Positions 46,164 through 56,304 of a stretch of DNA of 64,000 bases are shown piece by piece. Origin of the DNA: Candidatus Fervidifonticultor secundus (GTDB taxonomy: Bacteria; Sysuimicrobiota; Sysuimicrobiia; Sysuimicrobiales; Humicultoraceae); contig JAVKIP010000004.1 in assembly GCA_031459385.1 (NCBI GenBank), positions 1 through 64,000 of the forward strand, in the 5' to 3' direction. Position numbers and translations under genes: made by a program. A model generated the notes under the pieces. It saw only the letters and a list, made by a program, of their open reading frames with translations. It did no database searches and was not told the origin of the DNA. Each line of letters starts with the position of its first letter. The stretch's first letter is position 1.

Positions 46164-46232
46164 GCCTCCCTCCCGGTCGCAGGCCCTGGCGTGGAACGCT
46201 TCAATCTTAGCACAGGCCCCGGGCGCGCGCGG

Positions 46233-46268
46233 CAACGAACGGGCCCCGGACAAACCGCCCGGGGCCCG
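46233..46268 (-). terminator. Intrinsic terminator of the csp gene
   Basis: CGGGCCCCGG/CCGGGGCCCG 10-bp stem followed by TTCGTTG on the minus strand. Confidence 0.65.
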
Positions 46269-46291
46269 CCGATCGCCGTCTGCGCGAGCGC

Positions 46292-46492
46292 CTAGAGCAC
46301 TGTGACGTTTGCCGCCTGGGGCCCTTTGCGGCCCTCGACGACGTCGAACTGGACCCGCTGGCCCTCTTCCAGCGTCCTGTAGCCTTCGCCCACAATCGCG
46401 GAGTAGTGGACGAAGACGTCCTTCCCGCCCTCGACCGCGATGAAGCCGTAACCCTTCTCCGCGCTGAACCACTTGACCGTGCCTGTTGCCAT
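46292..46492 (-). CDS. cspA: Cold-shock protein
   Basis: [16 protein letters not shown]....[10 protein letters not shown]. Confidence 0.95.
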   Translation of the reverse strand: MATGTVKWFSAEKGYGFIAVEGGKDVFVHYSAIVGEGYRTLEEGQRVQFDVVEGRKGPQAANVTVL

Positions 46493-46897
46493 CGTGCTGT
46501 GCCTGCCCTCCGGGTTGGTGTACAGATGCCGTCGCGGGATCACGCCTGCGGATCGTGGAGACACGCCTGAGGATCGTGGTACACGCCGGACCTGCCAGGC
46601 ACACCCTAGCACGCCGATCGCACACCGTCAATACGAGTTCCGGCTGGCCCCGCCGGGCGCAGCGCGCCCGCCTGGCGCGGGTGCCCGACCCCGCGAGCGG
46701 CCCGGCAACCAGACCGCGCACCACCGCCGGCAGCGGCAGGACTCGCATGCGCCGCAGCGGACCCATGAAGAGTACGTGGCAGACATCATGGCGATCCACG
46801 GCGGGGCTCCGCGGTGCCCCGCCCGTCGTGCGCGTGGTCGGACAACTCCCGAGCGGATTTCGCGCGGCGCTTGGCGACCCTGCTGCGCATGCAGCGC

Positions 46898-47436
46898 GTG
46901 GCGTTCGCCAGGGCCAATCCCCGTCGGGTACGGGTGGCCGGTTCGGCCATCGGAGGGATCGACAGTTCGTGGTCCTGACCTGGGAGAAGGAGGCAGGCAT
47001 CGACGTCGAATACATCCCGCACGCGGGCGGGGCCGCCACGCTGGCGTTTCTCGGCGGGAACGCCGAGATGCTGGTCGGTAACGTCTCCGAGGGCTTCCGG
47101 CATATCGAGGCCCGGCGCATCGTGCCCTTCGCGGTGGCCAACGAGCGGCGCAGCCCGATCTTTCCCCAGGTGCCTACGGTGAAGAAGAAGGGCTGGGAGG
47201 TAGTCTATGCACGGTGGCGCAGCGTGCTGGCGCCCGCGGGTGTGCCGCCGTCGCGGATCGAGGTGCTGACCGTGGCGTTCCAGAAGGCCCTAGATGCCGA
47301 CGCGTGGAAACGGTTCCCTGCCAACGCCGAGGCGGCCAATCTCTACCTGAGCCCCGCGGATGTCCGCCGGTTCCTCGCGGCCGAGGAGGCCAGGCTGACG
47401 CGGGTCATCGACGGGCTGGGATTGCGTCGGCAGTAG
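46898..47436 (+). pseudogene. TctC/Bug tripartite tricarboxylate transporter SBP remnant (5'-truncated, frameshifted)
   Basis: VAFARANPRRVRVAGSAIGGIDS in one frame, shifting at about 46966 to ...YIPHAGG...LGGN...ERRSPIFPQVPT...WRSVLAPAGVP. Confidence 0.75.
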
Positions 47437-47501
47437 CACGGTCCTGCGGGGCCGGTGCTGCCCCAGGCCCACGGGCAAACACCGGGGCGCAAGGAGGAGC
47501 C

Positions 47502-47650
47502 ATGGACGAGTATCAGCACGACGGGCCGCGGCCGGCGGCTGGCCGCGCCGCGCGCGGGCGCCGCATGCGCCAGGAGATGAGGGGGCGGCGGGCTGCCCGG
47601 CACGCCGGCCACGCAGGAGCTGGCCCCGTTCTTCTCCGAGTGGGTGGGTC
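47502..47650 (+). pseudogene. Short gene remnant, possibly carboxymuconolactone decarboxylase family N-terminus
   Basis: Strong RBS AAGGAGGAG + ATG; 'RGRRMRQEM' then shifted frame 'TQELAPFFSEWV'; truncated. Confidence 0.35.
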
Positions 47651-47739
47651 TCCGATCGGCGGCGGAACGCGTAGGCGAACCCCGGCGTCGGGATGCACTC
47701 CGGCGGCCGTCGCAGGGCAACCCGGCTGCGGCCACGTCC

Positions 47740-50679
47740 ATGAGCGTCGCGGCTCCTGAGCGGCTTGAGCGCCTGACCCGGCACCTGGCCGCCGCCGTCC
47801 GCGGCGAGGTCCGCTTCGATCAGATCTCCTGCACGCTGTACAGCACCGACGCCAGCATCTACCAGATCCTGCCGCTCGGCGTCGTGATCCCCCGCGACGC
47901 GGAGGACGTGGCCGCCACCCTGCGTCTGTGCGCCGAGGAGGGCGTGCCGGTGCTCCCGCGGGGCGCCGGGACCAGCCTCGCGGGGCAGGCCATCGGCCGG
48001 GCCGTGGTCATCGACTGCTCGAAGTACATGGACCGCATCGTGGCCGTCGATCCCGGCATGGGGCTGGCGCGCGTGCAGCCGGGCGTGGTGCAGGACCACC
48101 TGAACGCCGCGCTGGCGCCCCACCGCCTGCGCCTGGGGCCGGACACCGCCACCAGCAACCGGGCGACGCTCGGGGGCATGATCGGCAACAACTCCGCCGG
48201 CGCCCGTTCGATCGTCTACGGCAAGATGGTCGACCACGTGGTCGGGCTGCGGGTGCTCCTGTGGGACGGCACCGAGCTGACGACCGGCCCGCTGGACGAT
48301 GCCGCGCTGGCGGCGAAGCGGCAGGAGCCGTCGCGCGAGGGCGACCTCTACCGCACGGTCCTGGACGTCGTGGAGACCCACGGCGACGAGATCGCCCGGC
48401 GCTACCCGCCCCTGCTGCGCCGCGTGGCCGGCTACAACCTGCCCGAACTGCGCCAGCGGCCGTTCAACCTCAGCCAGCTCCTGGTGGGCGCGGAGGGGAC
48501 GCTGGGTATCGTCACCGAGGCCACGGTGCGGATCGTGCCGCGGCCCCAGCACGCCGTGGTGGGCGTGGTGCACTTCCACGACCTGTTCGAGGCGCTGGAG
48601 GCCACGCCGGTCATTCTGCCCCACGGGCCCTCGGCGGTCGAACTGATCGACCGGCAGGTGCTGGAGATGACACGGGCGCAGCTCGAGTACGCGCGGCGCA
48701 TGACCTTCGTGCAGGGCGATCCGGCCGCGCTGCTGGTCGTGGAGTTCAGCGGCGACCACCCGGGGGAGGTGCGCGCGCGGCTGGACGCCACGGAGCGTGC
48801 CCTGCGGCAGGCCGGCGCGGGCTACGCCGTGGTGCGCGCCGAGGACCTCCCGGCGCAGGACAACATCTGGCAGATCCGCAAGGCCGGCCAGGGCCTGCTC
48901 CAGGGGGTCAAGGGGGACGCCAAGCCCATCGCCTTTGTGGAAGACACGGCGGTGCCGCCCGAGCGCCTGGCGCCGTACATCCGCCGCCTGCAGGAGATCC
49001 TGCTCCGCCATGGCGTGCGGGCCGCGGTCTACGCCCACGCCAGCGTCGGCTGCCTGCACGTGCGACCGTACATCAACCTCAAGGACGCGGCGCAGATCGC
49101 GGCGATGCGGGCCATCGCCGAAGAGGTGGGCGAGCTGGTCATCGAGTTCGGCGGCGCCTTCTCCGGCGAGCACGGCGATGGCCTGGTGCGCTCGTGGTTT
49201 CTCGAGCGCTACTACGGGCCGATCATCTACGGGGCGTTCCGGCGGCTGAAGCAGGCCTTCGATCCCCACGCCCTGCTCAACCCCGGCAAGATCGTGGACG
49301 CGCCGCCCATGACCGAGAACCTGCGCTACGGGCCGTCGTACCGGACGCTTGCGCTGCGCACGCGGTTCGACTGGAGCCGGGACGGCGGGCTGGCGGGGGC
49401 CGTGGAGATGTGCAGCGGGGTCGGCGCGTGCCGCAAGACTACCGACGGGACCATGTGCCCGGCGTACATGGTCACGCGGGAAGAGCGGCACTCGACGCGC
49501 GGGCGCGCCAACCTGCTGCGTGCCGTCCTGTCGGGGGCGCTGCCGCCGGAGGAACTGACGGGCCCGCGGCTGTACGAGGCGCTGGACCTCTGCCTGGAGT
49601 GCAAGGGGTGCAAGGCCGAGTGTCCCGCCAACGTCGACATGGCCAAGCTCAAGGCCGAGTTCCTGGCTCGCTACCACGAGACCCACGGCGTGCCCCTGCG
49701 CGCGCGGCTGTTCGCCGATATCCACCGGCTGAGCCGCGCGGGCGCCGCGCTGGCGCCGCTGTCGACCTGGCTGGCGCAGTCGGCGCCCGCCCGGTGGGCG
49801 CTCGAGCGCCTGGCAGGCGTCGACCGGCGGCGGCCGCTCCCGCCGTTCGCACGTCCGACCTTCGACGCGTGGTGGCGGCGGCACGCCGGCGCGCGTGGGT
49901 CCCGCCGGGCTGCCGCCACGGCCGCGCCGCGGCCGCCGGTAGTCCTCTTCGCCGACACGTTCCTGCGGTTCAGCTACCCGGAGGTCGGCCGTGCCGCAGT
50001 GCGGGTGCTGGAGCACCTGGGCTATGATGTGCGCGTGCCGCCCGTCGCCTGCTGCGGCCGCCCGATGATCAGCAAGGGCCTCCTCGACCGGGCCGCCGCG
50101 CAGGCCCGGGAGAACGTGCGGCGGCTGGTGCCCTACGCGCGGGCCGGCGTGCCCATCGTCGGGTGCGAGCCGTCGTGCCTGCTGACGTTCCGCGACGAAG
50201 CGCCGGACCTGCTCCCCGGCGAGGACGCGCAGACCGTGGCGCGCGCGGCGCTGCTGCTGGACGAGTTCCTCTCCCGGCACGTGCAGGCCCACGGGTGGCC
50301 CGCATCCGGGGCCGCCGCCCGCACGCCTGCGCCGGTGGCGGGCGGCGCCCCCCGCAGGGTCCTGCTCCACGGGCACTGCCATCAGAAGGCGTTGGTCGGC
50401 CTGCAGGCCGCGGTGGGCGTCCTGCGCGCTGCGGGGTGTGAAGTCGAGGTGGTGGACGCAGGGTGCTGCGGCATGGCCGGATCGTTCGGGTTCGAGCGCG
50501 AGCACTACGACCTCTCGCTGGCCATCGGCGAGCGGCGGCTGCTGCCGGCCGTGCGGCGGCAGCCGCCCGAGGTTGCGATCGTGGCCATGGGCGTCTCCTG
50601 CCGCCAGCAGATCGTCCACGGCACAGGCCGGCGCGCGACGCACCTGGCCGAGGTGCTGGCCGCGATGCTGCCGCCGTGA
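47740..50679 (+). CDS. FAD-binding and Fe-S oxidoreductase (GlcD/GlcF-type fusion, D-2-hydroxyacid dehydrogenase-like)
   Basis: 'YSTDAS', 'PRGAGTSLAGQ', 'SGEHGDG', 'CSGVGAC', 'CLECKGCKAECP', 'CCG' domains. Confidence 0.9.
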   Translation: MSVAAPERLERLTRHLAAAVRGEVRFDQISCTLYSTDASIYQILPLGVVIPRDAEDVAATLRLCAEEGVPVLPRGAGTSLAGQAIGRAVVIDCSKYMDRIVAVDPGMGLARVQPGVVQDHLNAALAPHRLRLGPDTATSNRATLGGMIGNNSAGARSIVYGKMVDHVVGLRVLLWDGTELTTGPLDDAALAAKRQEPSREGDLYRTVLDVVETHGDEIARRYPPLLRRVAGYNLPELRQRPFNLSQLLVGAEGTLGIVTEATVRIVPRPQHAVVGVVHFHDLFEALEATPVILPHGPSAVELIDRQVLEMTRAQLEYARRMTFVQGDPAALLVVEFSGDHPGEVRARLDATERALRQAGAGYAVVRAEDLPAQDNIWQIRKAGQGLLQGVKGDAKPIAFVEDTAVPPERLAPYIRRLQEILLRHGVRAAVYAHASVGCLHVRPYINLKDAAQIAAMRAIAEEVGELVIEFGGAFSGEHGDGLVRSWFLERYYGPIIYGAFRRLKQAFDPHALLNPGKIVDAPPMTENLRYGPSYRTLALRTRFDWSRDGGLAGAVEMCSGVGACRKTTDGTMCPAYMVTREERHSTRGRANLLRAVLSGALPPEELTGPRLYEALDLCLECKGCKAECPANVDMAKLKAEFLARYHETHGVPLRARLFADIHRLSRAGAALAPLSTWLAQSAPARWALERLAGVDRRRPLPPFARPTFDAWWRRHAGARGSRRAAATAAPRPPVVLFADTFLRFSYPEVGRAAVRVLEHLGYDVRVPPVACCGRPMISKGLLDRAAAQARENVRRLVPYARAGVPIVGCEPSCLLTFRDEAPDLLPGEDAQTVARAALLLDEFLSRHVQAHGWPASGAAARTPAPVAGGAPRRVLLHGHCHQKALVGLQAAVGVLRAAGCEVEVVDAGCCGMAGSFGFEREHYDLSLAIGERRLLPAVRRQPPEVAIVAMGVSCRQQIVHGTGRRATHLAEVLAAMLPP

Positions 50680-50766
50680 CCGCTGCGCGCCCGCGGCCAT
50701 CGCCGCCGCAGACCGGACGGCACCGCGCGGGTGGCAGCAGATGCGTTGCAGTCTCGGGGGTGCCTT

Positions 50767-51888
50767 GTGACAGCAGTTCGCCTGCTGGTCGGCACGCGCA
50801 AGGGTGCTTTCGTCCTCACCGCCGGCGCGGATCGCCGCCACTGGGGAGTGGACGGACCGCACTTCGGCGGCTGGGAAGTGTTCCACGTCGAGGCCTCGCC
50901 CGCTGACCCGGACCGGCTGTACGCAGGGCTGTGGACGGCGTGGCACGGCGCCGTCGTCCAGCGCAGCGACGACGGCGGGCGCACCTGGACGCCCGTCGGC
51001 AACCGGTTCACCTACGCAGACGGCGACGCCGTGCACCAGGGCTTCGATGGCGAACCGCAGCCCTGGCGGTTCAGGCGGGTCTGGCACCTGGAGCCGTCGC
51101 CGGACGATCCGAACGTGCTCTACGCCGGTGTCGAGGACGCCGCGCTGTTCCGGTCGTCCGACGGCGGCACCACCTGGGAGGAGCTCCCGGCGCTGCGGCG
51201 GCATCCCACCGCGCCGACGTGGGCGCCGGGGGCCGGCGGCATGGGACTCCACTCGATCCTGCTCGAGCCCACCCGGCCCCGACTCTACGTGGCCATCTCG
51301 GCCGCCGGGGTGTTCCGCTCCGACGACGGCGGGCGGGCGTGGACCGTCGCGAACCGCGGCCTGCGCGCGCCGTATCTCGCCAACCCGGAGCCCGAGGCCG
51401 GCTACTGCGTGCACAAGATCGCCATGCACCCCGCGCGGCCGCACACCCTGTTCATGCAGAAACACTACGGCGTCTATCGCAGCGACGACGGCGGGGCGTC
51501 GTGGACGAAGATCAGCGGCACCCTCCCGTCGGACTTCGGCTTCCCCATCGCGGTCCACGCCCACGAGCCGCAGACGATCTACGTCGTGCCCATCACCAGC
51601 GACAGCGAGCACTTCCCGCCCGACGGCGCGCTGCGCGTGTGGCGCAGCCGGCGCGGGGACGGGGAGTGGGAGCCGCTGGCCGAGGGCTTGCCTGCCCGCC
51701 ACTGCTACGTGAACGTGCTGCGCGAGGCGATGGCCGTCGACCGTCTCGACCCGTGCGGCATCTACGTCGGGACGACGGGCGGGCAGGTCTACGCGTCGCC
51801 TGATGCCGGCGACCGCTGGGAGGCGATCGCCACGCACCTGCCCCCGGTGCTGTCGCTCGAGGTGCAGACGCTCCGCCCGGCCCCGTGA
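50767..51888 (+). CDS. BNR/Asp-box beta-propeller protein (sialidase-like)
   Basis: '[10 protein letters not shown]', repeated 'RSDDGG.TW', 'LPSDFGF'. Confidence 0.88.
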   Translation: MTAVRLLVGTRKGAFVLTAGADRRHWGVDGPHFGGWEVFHVEASPADPDRLYAGLWTAWHGAVVQRSDDGGRTWTPVGNRFTYADGDAVHQGFDGEPQPWRFRRVWHLEPSPDDPNVLYAGVEDAALFRSSDGGTTWEELPALRRHPTAPTWAPGAGGMGLHSILLEPTRPRLYVAISAAGVFRSDDGGRAWTVANRGLRAPYLANPEPEAGYCVHKIAMHPARPHTLFMQKHYGVYRSDDGGASWTKISGTLPSDFGFPIAVHAHEPQTIYVVPITSDSEHFPPDGALRVWRSRRGDGEWEPLAEGLPARHCYVNVLREAMAVDRLDPCGIYVGTTGGQVYASPDAGDRWEAIATHLPPVLSLEVQTLRPAP

Positions 51889-53456
51889 CGACGCCAGTCG
51901 CGGTGCGCATCTGGCTCCCGACGCATCTGCGCCGGCTGTGCCGGCTCCCCTCGGCGGTCGTGGACGTGACGCTCGCCGCGCGCGCCGCCCCCGTGACCCT
52001 GGCGGACGCGCTCGACGCCCTGGAGCGCGCGTATCCCGCGCTGCGCGGCACGATCCGCGACTATCCGCCGCAAGGCGCCGACGGGGTCGGGGCGCTGCGT
52101 CCTTTCCTCCGGTGCTTCGCCGGCCAGGTGGACCTCACGCCCGCCGGGCTGCACGCGCCGCTGCCCGAGGCGGTCGTGGCAGGCGGCGAGGTTCTGCGCA
52201 TCGTCGGTGCCATCGCCGGGGGTAGGGCCGTGGGGCCGGGCGCGACGCGCAGGCTGTTCTGCGACGACGCCTACCGCCGCACCGCCGAGGGTACGGTGCT
52301 GGCCGTGCGCACCGGCGATCGGCCGGCGGTCGCGCTGGATGCCACGATCTTCTTCCCGGCTGGGGGCGGCCAGCCCTGCGATCTCGGCACGCTGGGCGGC
52401 GCGTCGGTCGTCGACGTGCGCGAGGACGACGGGGTGATCTGGCACGCGCTCGACCCCGCCTTCGCCCCGCCCGCGGTGGGTGCCCGCGTGGCGCAGGAGC
52501 TCGACTGGCCGCGCCGCTTCGACCACATGCAGCAGCACACAGGACAGCACATTCTCTCGCAGGCGTTCCTCCGCGTGCTCGGCGCCCGGACGCTGGCGGT
52601 CCACATGGGCGCGTCGTGCACGCTGGACGTCGACGTCCCTGCGCCCGCGCCCGAGGCGTTCGCCCGCGTGGAGGAGCTGGCCAACGCCGTCGTCTTCGAG
52701 AACCGGCCGGTGCTGGTGCGCGCGGTAGAGCCGGCGGAGGCCGACCTGTTGGGCCTCCGCCGGCCGCCCAGGCAGGCCGGGCGCCTGCGCATCGTGGAGG
52801 TGGCGGAGTTCGACCGATCCGCGTGCGGCGGCACTCACGTGCAGGCCACCGGCGAGGTCGGCGTGGTGCTGCTGCGCGGGTGGGAGCGGTACAAGGGCGG
52901 GACCCGCGTGGAGTTCGCCTGCGGGGCGCGCGCCGTGCGCGACGCCCGCGCCATGCGGCGCCTGCTGCGCGAGGCGGCCCTGCCGCTGTCGGTGGGGGCG
53001 CACGAACTGCCCGAGGCCGTCGCGCGGCTGCGCGAGCGGGCGCACGACCTGGAGAAGCAGCTGGTCCGGGCGCGGGAGCGACTGCTCGAGCTCGAGGCCG
53101 AAGTGCTGCTGGAGGCCGCCCGCCCGGGCGGGGCGGCCGGCGCCGCGTCGCCCGCCCTGGTGACGGCCGTCTTCGCCGCCCGGCCCATGGAGGAGGTCCG
53201 GGCCCTGGCCCGCGCGGTCACGCAGCGCGGGCCTGCCGTGGCCCTCTTCGCCGTGGATCACGGCCGGCGCCTGGTCGTGGCCCGCAGCCCGGGGCTGCGG
53301 GCCGACGCCGCGGCGATCCTGCGCGTCGCCCTGGCCCGATTCGGTGGCCGGGGCGGCGGGACGCCCGAGGCCGCCGAGGGCGCGGCCACCCAGGCGCCCA
53401 CCGCGCAGGCGCTGGTCGACGCTGCGGCCGAGGTGGCCCGGGAGGTCGCGGGCTGA
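51885..53456 (+). CDS. Fused ORF: MoaD/ThiS ubiquitin-like domain + AlaX-type alanyl-tRNA editing domain
   Basis: 51885-52223 ends '...IVGAIAGG'; 52230 onward has '[11 protein letters not shown]', 'HMQQHTGQH', 'CGGTH' and DHHA1-like 'GGRGGG'. Confidence 0.8.
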   Translation: MTTPVAVRIWLPTHLRRLCRLPSAVVDVTLAARAAPVTLADALDALERAYPALRGTIRDYPPQGADGVGALRPFLRCFAGQVDLTPAGLHAPLPEAVVAGGEVLRIVGAIAGGRAVGPGATRRLFCDDAYRRTAEGTVLAVRTGDRPAVALDATIFFPAGGGQPCDLGTLGGASVVDVREDDGVIWHALDPAFAPPAVGARVAQELDWPRRFDHMQQHTGQHILSQAFLRVLGARTLAVHMGASCTLDVDVPAPAPEAFARVEELANAVVFENRPVLVRAVEPAEADLLGLRRPPRQAGRLRIVEVAEFDRSACGGTHVQATGEVGVVLLRGWERYKGGTRVEFACGARAVRDARAMRRLLREAALPLSVGAHELPEAVARLRERAHDLEKQLVRARERLLELEAEVLLEAARPGGAAGAASPALVTAVFAARPMEEVRALARAVTQRGPAVALFAVDHGRRLVVARSPGLRADAAAILRVALARFGGRGGGTPEAAEGAATQAPTAQALVDAAAEVAREVAG

Positions 53457-54610
53457 TGCGTGCCGACCGGGCGCGGGTCGTGCGCCTGCTGCAGGCGCTG
53501 GTGGCCACCGAGTCGGTCAATCCCTCGCTGGTCCCGGGCGGTGCGGGCGAGCGCGCGATCGCCGAGCTGATCGCCGCCGAGTGCCTCGCGATGGGGCTGG
53601 AAGTGCGCGTCGACGAGGTCGCGCCGAACCGGCCCAACGTGATCGCGCGCCTAGTCGGGCGCCGCGCCGGGCCGCGGCTGCTGCTGTGCGGCCACACCGA
53701 CACCGTCTCGGCAGCCGGTATGGCCGAACCGTTCTCGGGCCGCGTGGACGGCGACCGCCTCTACGGCCGCGGAGCCTACGACATGAAGGGCGGCGTGGCC
53801 GCCATCCTGGAAGCAGCGCGCCTGGTGGCCGGCGCCGGCCTGCCGGCCGGCGAGCTGGTGGCGGCGTTCGTCGTCGACGAGGAGTACGCCAGCCTCGGGG
53901 CCGCCGACCTGGTCTCGCGCGAGCGCGCCGATGCCGCCGTGATCGCCGAGCCTACGGCGCTGGACCTCTGCGTGGCGCACAAGGGGTTCCTGTGGGCGCG
54001 GCTCGAGACCGCCGGCCGCGCCGCGCACGGCAGCCGGTACGATGCCGGCGACGACGCCATCACCCGCATGGGCCACGTGCTGGTGGCGCTCGACCGCCTC
54101 GAGCGGGAGGTCCTGCCGCAACGCACGCACCCGCTGCTGGGCCGCGCCTCGCTCCACGCCGCGACCATCGAGGGCGGGCTCGGGTGGAGCACATACCCCG
54201 ATCGGTGCGTGCTCGCCGTCGAGCGCCGGCTGCTCCCCGGTGAGCGGGACGCCGACGTGCTGGCCGAACTGGAGGCGGTGCTGCGCCAGGCGGCAGAGCG
54301 CTCGCCCGGGCTGCAGGGCAGCGTCGCAGTTGTCATGAGCCGGCCGCCCTTCGAGATCGCGCGGGACGCCCCGGTGGTGCGCGCCCTGGTGGCCAGCGTG
54401 CAGGCGGCGGGCGGGCGGACGCCCCGCCTGGTGGGCGAGCATCCGTGGTTTGACGCGGCCCTGCTGGGCGCGGCGGGCGTACCCACGGTGATCTTCGGAC
54501 CCGCAGGGGCGGGTGCGCACGCCGCCGAGGAATGGGTGGACGTGCCTTCGGTCGTGACCTGCGCCGAGGTGCTGGCGGACCTGACGCGGCGATGGTGCGC
54601 CGCGACGTGA
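53456..54610 (+). CDS. ArgE/DapE family M20 deacylase
   Basis: 'GHTDTV', 'YGRGAYDMKGG', 'DEE', 'EP', 'AHKG', 'GAHAAEE'. Confidence 0.9.
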   Translation: MRADRARVVRLLQALVATESVNPSLVPGGAGERAIAELIAAECLAMGLEVRVDEVAPNRPNVIARLVGRRAGPRLLLCGHTDTVSAAGMAEPFSGRVDGDRLYGRGAYDMKGGVAAILEAARLVAGAGLPAGELVAAFVVDEEYASLGAADLVSRERADAAVIAEPTALDLCVAHKGFLWARLETAGRAAHGSRYDAGDDAITRMGHVLVALDRLEREVLPQRTHPLLGRASLHAATIEGGLGWSTYPDRCVLAVERRLLPGERDADVLAELEAVLRQAAERSPGLQGSVAVVMSRPPFEIARDAPVVRALVASVQAAGGRTPRLVGEHPWFDAALLGAAGVPTVIFGPAGAGAHAAEEWVDVPSVVTCAEVLADLTRRWCAAT

Positions 54611-54634
54611 GCCGCGCGGAGGCCCGGCCCCGAC

Positions 54635-55435
54635 GTGCCCATCGTCACCCTGCTCTCGGACTTCGGGGCGTCGTCGCCCTACCCCGGCGAGGTGCGCGCG
54701 GTGCTCCTGCGGGCCAGCCGGGCCGTGGTCGTGGACATCACGCACGACATTCCCCGGCACGACATCGCCTGCGGGGCTGCGGTGCTGGCCGCGGCCGCGC
54801 CAGCCTTCCCTGCGGGGACGGTCCACCTGGCGGTGGTTGATCCGGGCGTGGGCACCGCGCGGCGCGGTCTGGTGATCGCCTCGGGCGGCCAGTGGTTCGT
54901 CGGGCCCGACAACGGCCTGCTCCTGCCGGCGGCTGCGGCGGTGGGACGGCCGCAGGCGCTGGCGATCGACACGGCGCGCCTGGTGCGCGAGCCGCCGTCG
55001 GCGACGTTCCACGGCCGGGACGTCTTCGCCCCGGCCGCCGCGGCCATCGCCTCGGGCGTCCCGCCCGAGGCGTTCGCGTCGCCCATCGCCGCGCCGGTCG
55101 CCCTGCCCGTCGACGCGCCCTCGCGGGCTGCAGGCCGGCTGGTCGGCCGCGTGGCGTACCGCGACCCCTTCGGCAACCTGGTTACCGACATCCCCGCGCG
55201 CTGGCTCGACGACCTCCCGCAGCGGCTCGTGGTAGTGTATCGTGGAGGACGCGCGCCGGCCCGGCGGGCGCGCACCTACGCCGACGGCAGGCCCGGAGAG
55301 GTGCTCGCGCTGGCGGGCAGCGCCGGCACCATCGAGGTCGCGCTGAACCAGGGCGACGCCGCCGCGCGCCTGGGGCTGCGCGCGGGTGATGCGGTGGTCC
55401 TGGAAGCGCGTGCGGCGCGGCGGGCCCGCCGTTGA
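54635..55435 (+). CDS. DUF62 SAM hydroxide adenosyltransferase family protein
   Basis: 'LSDFG', 'DITH', 'VVDPGVGT.RR', 'GPDNG', 'TFHGRDVFAP', 'D.FGN'. Confidence 0.9.
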   Translation: MPIVTLLSDFGASSPYPGEVRAVLLRASRAVVVDITHDIPRHDIACGAAVLAAAAPAFPAGTVHLAVVDPGVGTARRGLVIASGGQWFVGPDNGLLLPAAAAVGRPQALAIDTARLVREPPSATFHGRDVFAPAAAAIASGVPPEAFASPIAAPVALPVDAPSRAAGRLVGRVAYRDPFGNLVTDIPARWLDDLPQRLVVVYRGGRAPARRARTYADGRPGEVLALAGSAGTIEVALNQGDAAARLGLRAGDAVVLEARAARRARR

Positions 55436-55572
55436 CGCCGCACCGCTGGCTCGTGGCCGGCGTCGGCGATGGGCAGGGACAGGAAGAGGAAGCCGCCTCT
55501 CCACGTTGGGATGAACGAGCGGCACACGTAACCTGGCCGGCGGCGCGCGTAGCCCGGCACCCGAGGTGGCAC

Positions 55573-56304
55573 GTGGTCTCCGAGATCAACTTGGTGCTGG
55601 CGTTCGCGGCAGGCGTGCTCGGGTTCCTGAGCCCGTGCGTGGTGCCGCTCATTCCCGGGTACTTGTCGTTCGTCTCGGGCCTGTCGCTCACAGAGATGAG
55701 CCTGCAGGAGCGCCGACAGCACGTGGGCCGCGTGCTGCTGGCCACCGGGCTGTTCGTGCTCGGGTTCTCGACCGTCTTCACGGGTCTCGGGGCCTCGGCC
55801 TCGCTGCTGGGCGAGCTGGTGCTGGGGAACCGGCAGTGGCTCGCGCGGATCGGGGGCGTGGTGGTCATCGCGCTCGGCCTGGCCACCCTGGGCGTGATCA
55901 AGGTGCCGGGCCTCTATCGCGAGCGTCGCTGGCGCCTGGCGCGCCGGCCCCTGGGCCTGCTGGGTGCCGTCCCCGTCGGGATGGCCTTCGGTTTCGCCTG
56001 GACGCCCTGCGTGGGGCCGGTGCTGACGGCCGTGCTCACGTTGGCCGCCGCGTCCCAGACGGCATCCAGCGGCGCACTGCTCCTGTTCACCTACGCCATG
56101 GGCCTGGGCCTGCCATTCCTGCTCACCGCGGTGCTGCTCACGGCCGCCGTGGACGCCCTGGGCTGGCTGCGGCGGCACGCGCGGGCGGTGACGACGGTCA
56201 GCGGCGTCTTCCTGCTGGTGATGGGCGCGGCCATGGTGACCGACATGCTGTTCCGGCTGAACGCGTACCTCATCCGGCTCGTGCCCTTCCGGCCGGTGCT
56301 CTGA
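55573..56304 (+). CDS. ccdA: Cytochrome c biogenesis protein CcdA
   Basis: 'FLSPCVVPLIPGY', 'WTPCVGP'. Confidence 0.92.
   Translation: MVSEINLVLAFAAGVLGFLSPCVVPLIPGYLSFVSGLSLTEMSLQERRQHVGRVLLATGLFVLGFSTVFTGLGASASLLGELVLGNRQWLARIGGVVVIALGLATLGVIKVPGLYRERRWRLARRPLGLLGAVPVGMAFGFAWTPCVGPVLTAVLTLAAASQTASSGALLLFTYAMGLGLPFLLTAVLLTAAVDALGWLRRHARAVTTVSGVFLLVMGAAMVTDMLFRLNAYLIRLVPFRPVL

Noticed and set aside
47290..51837. 1515-aa minus-strand ORF and the many other long antisense or alternate-frame ORFs
   Set aside because: Shadows of real genes in high-GC DNA; Arg/Gly/Pro-rich with no motifs
54635..55435. Fluorinase/chlorinase
   Set aside because: Retains the DPGVG..R and TFHGRD Asp-Arg-His features of hydroxide adenosyltransferases, and there is no halometabolite context
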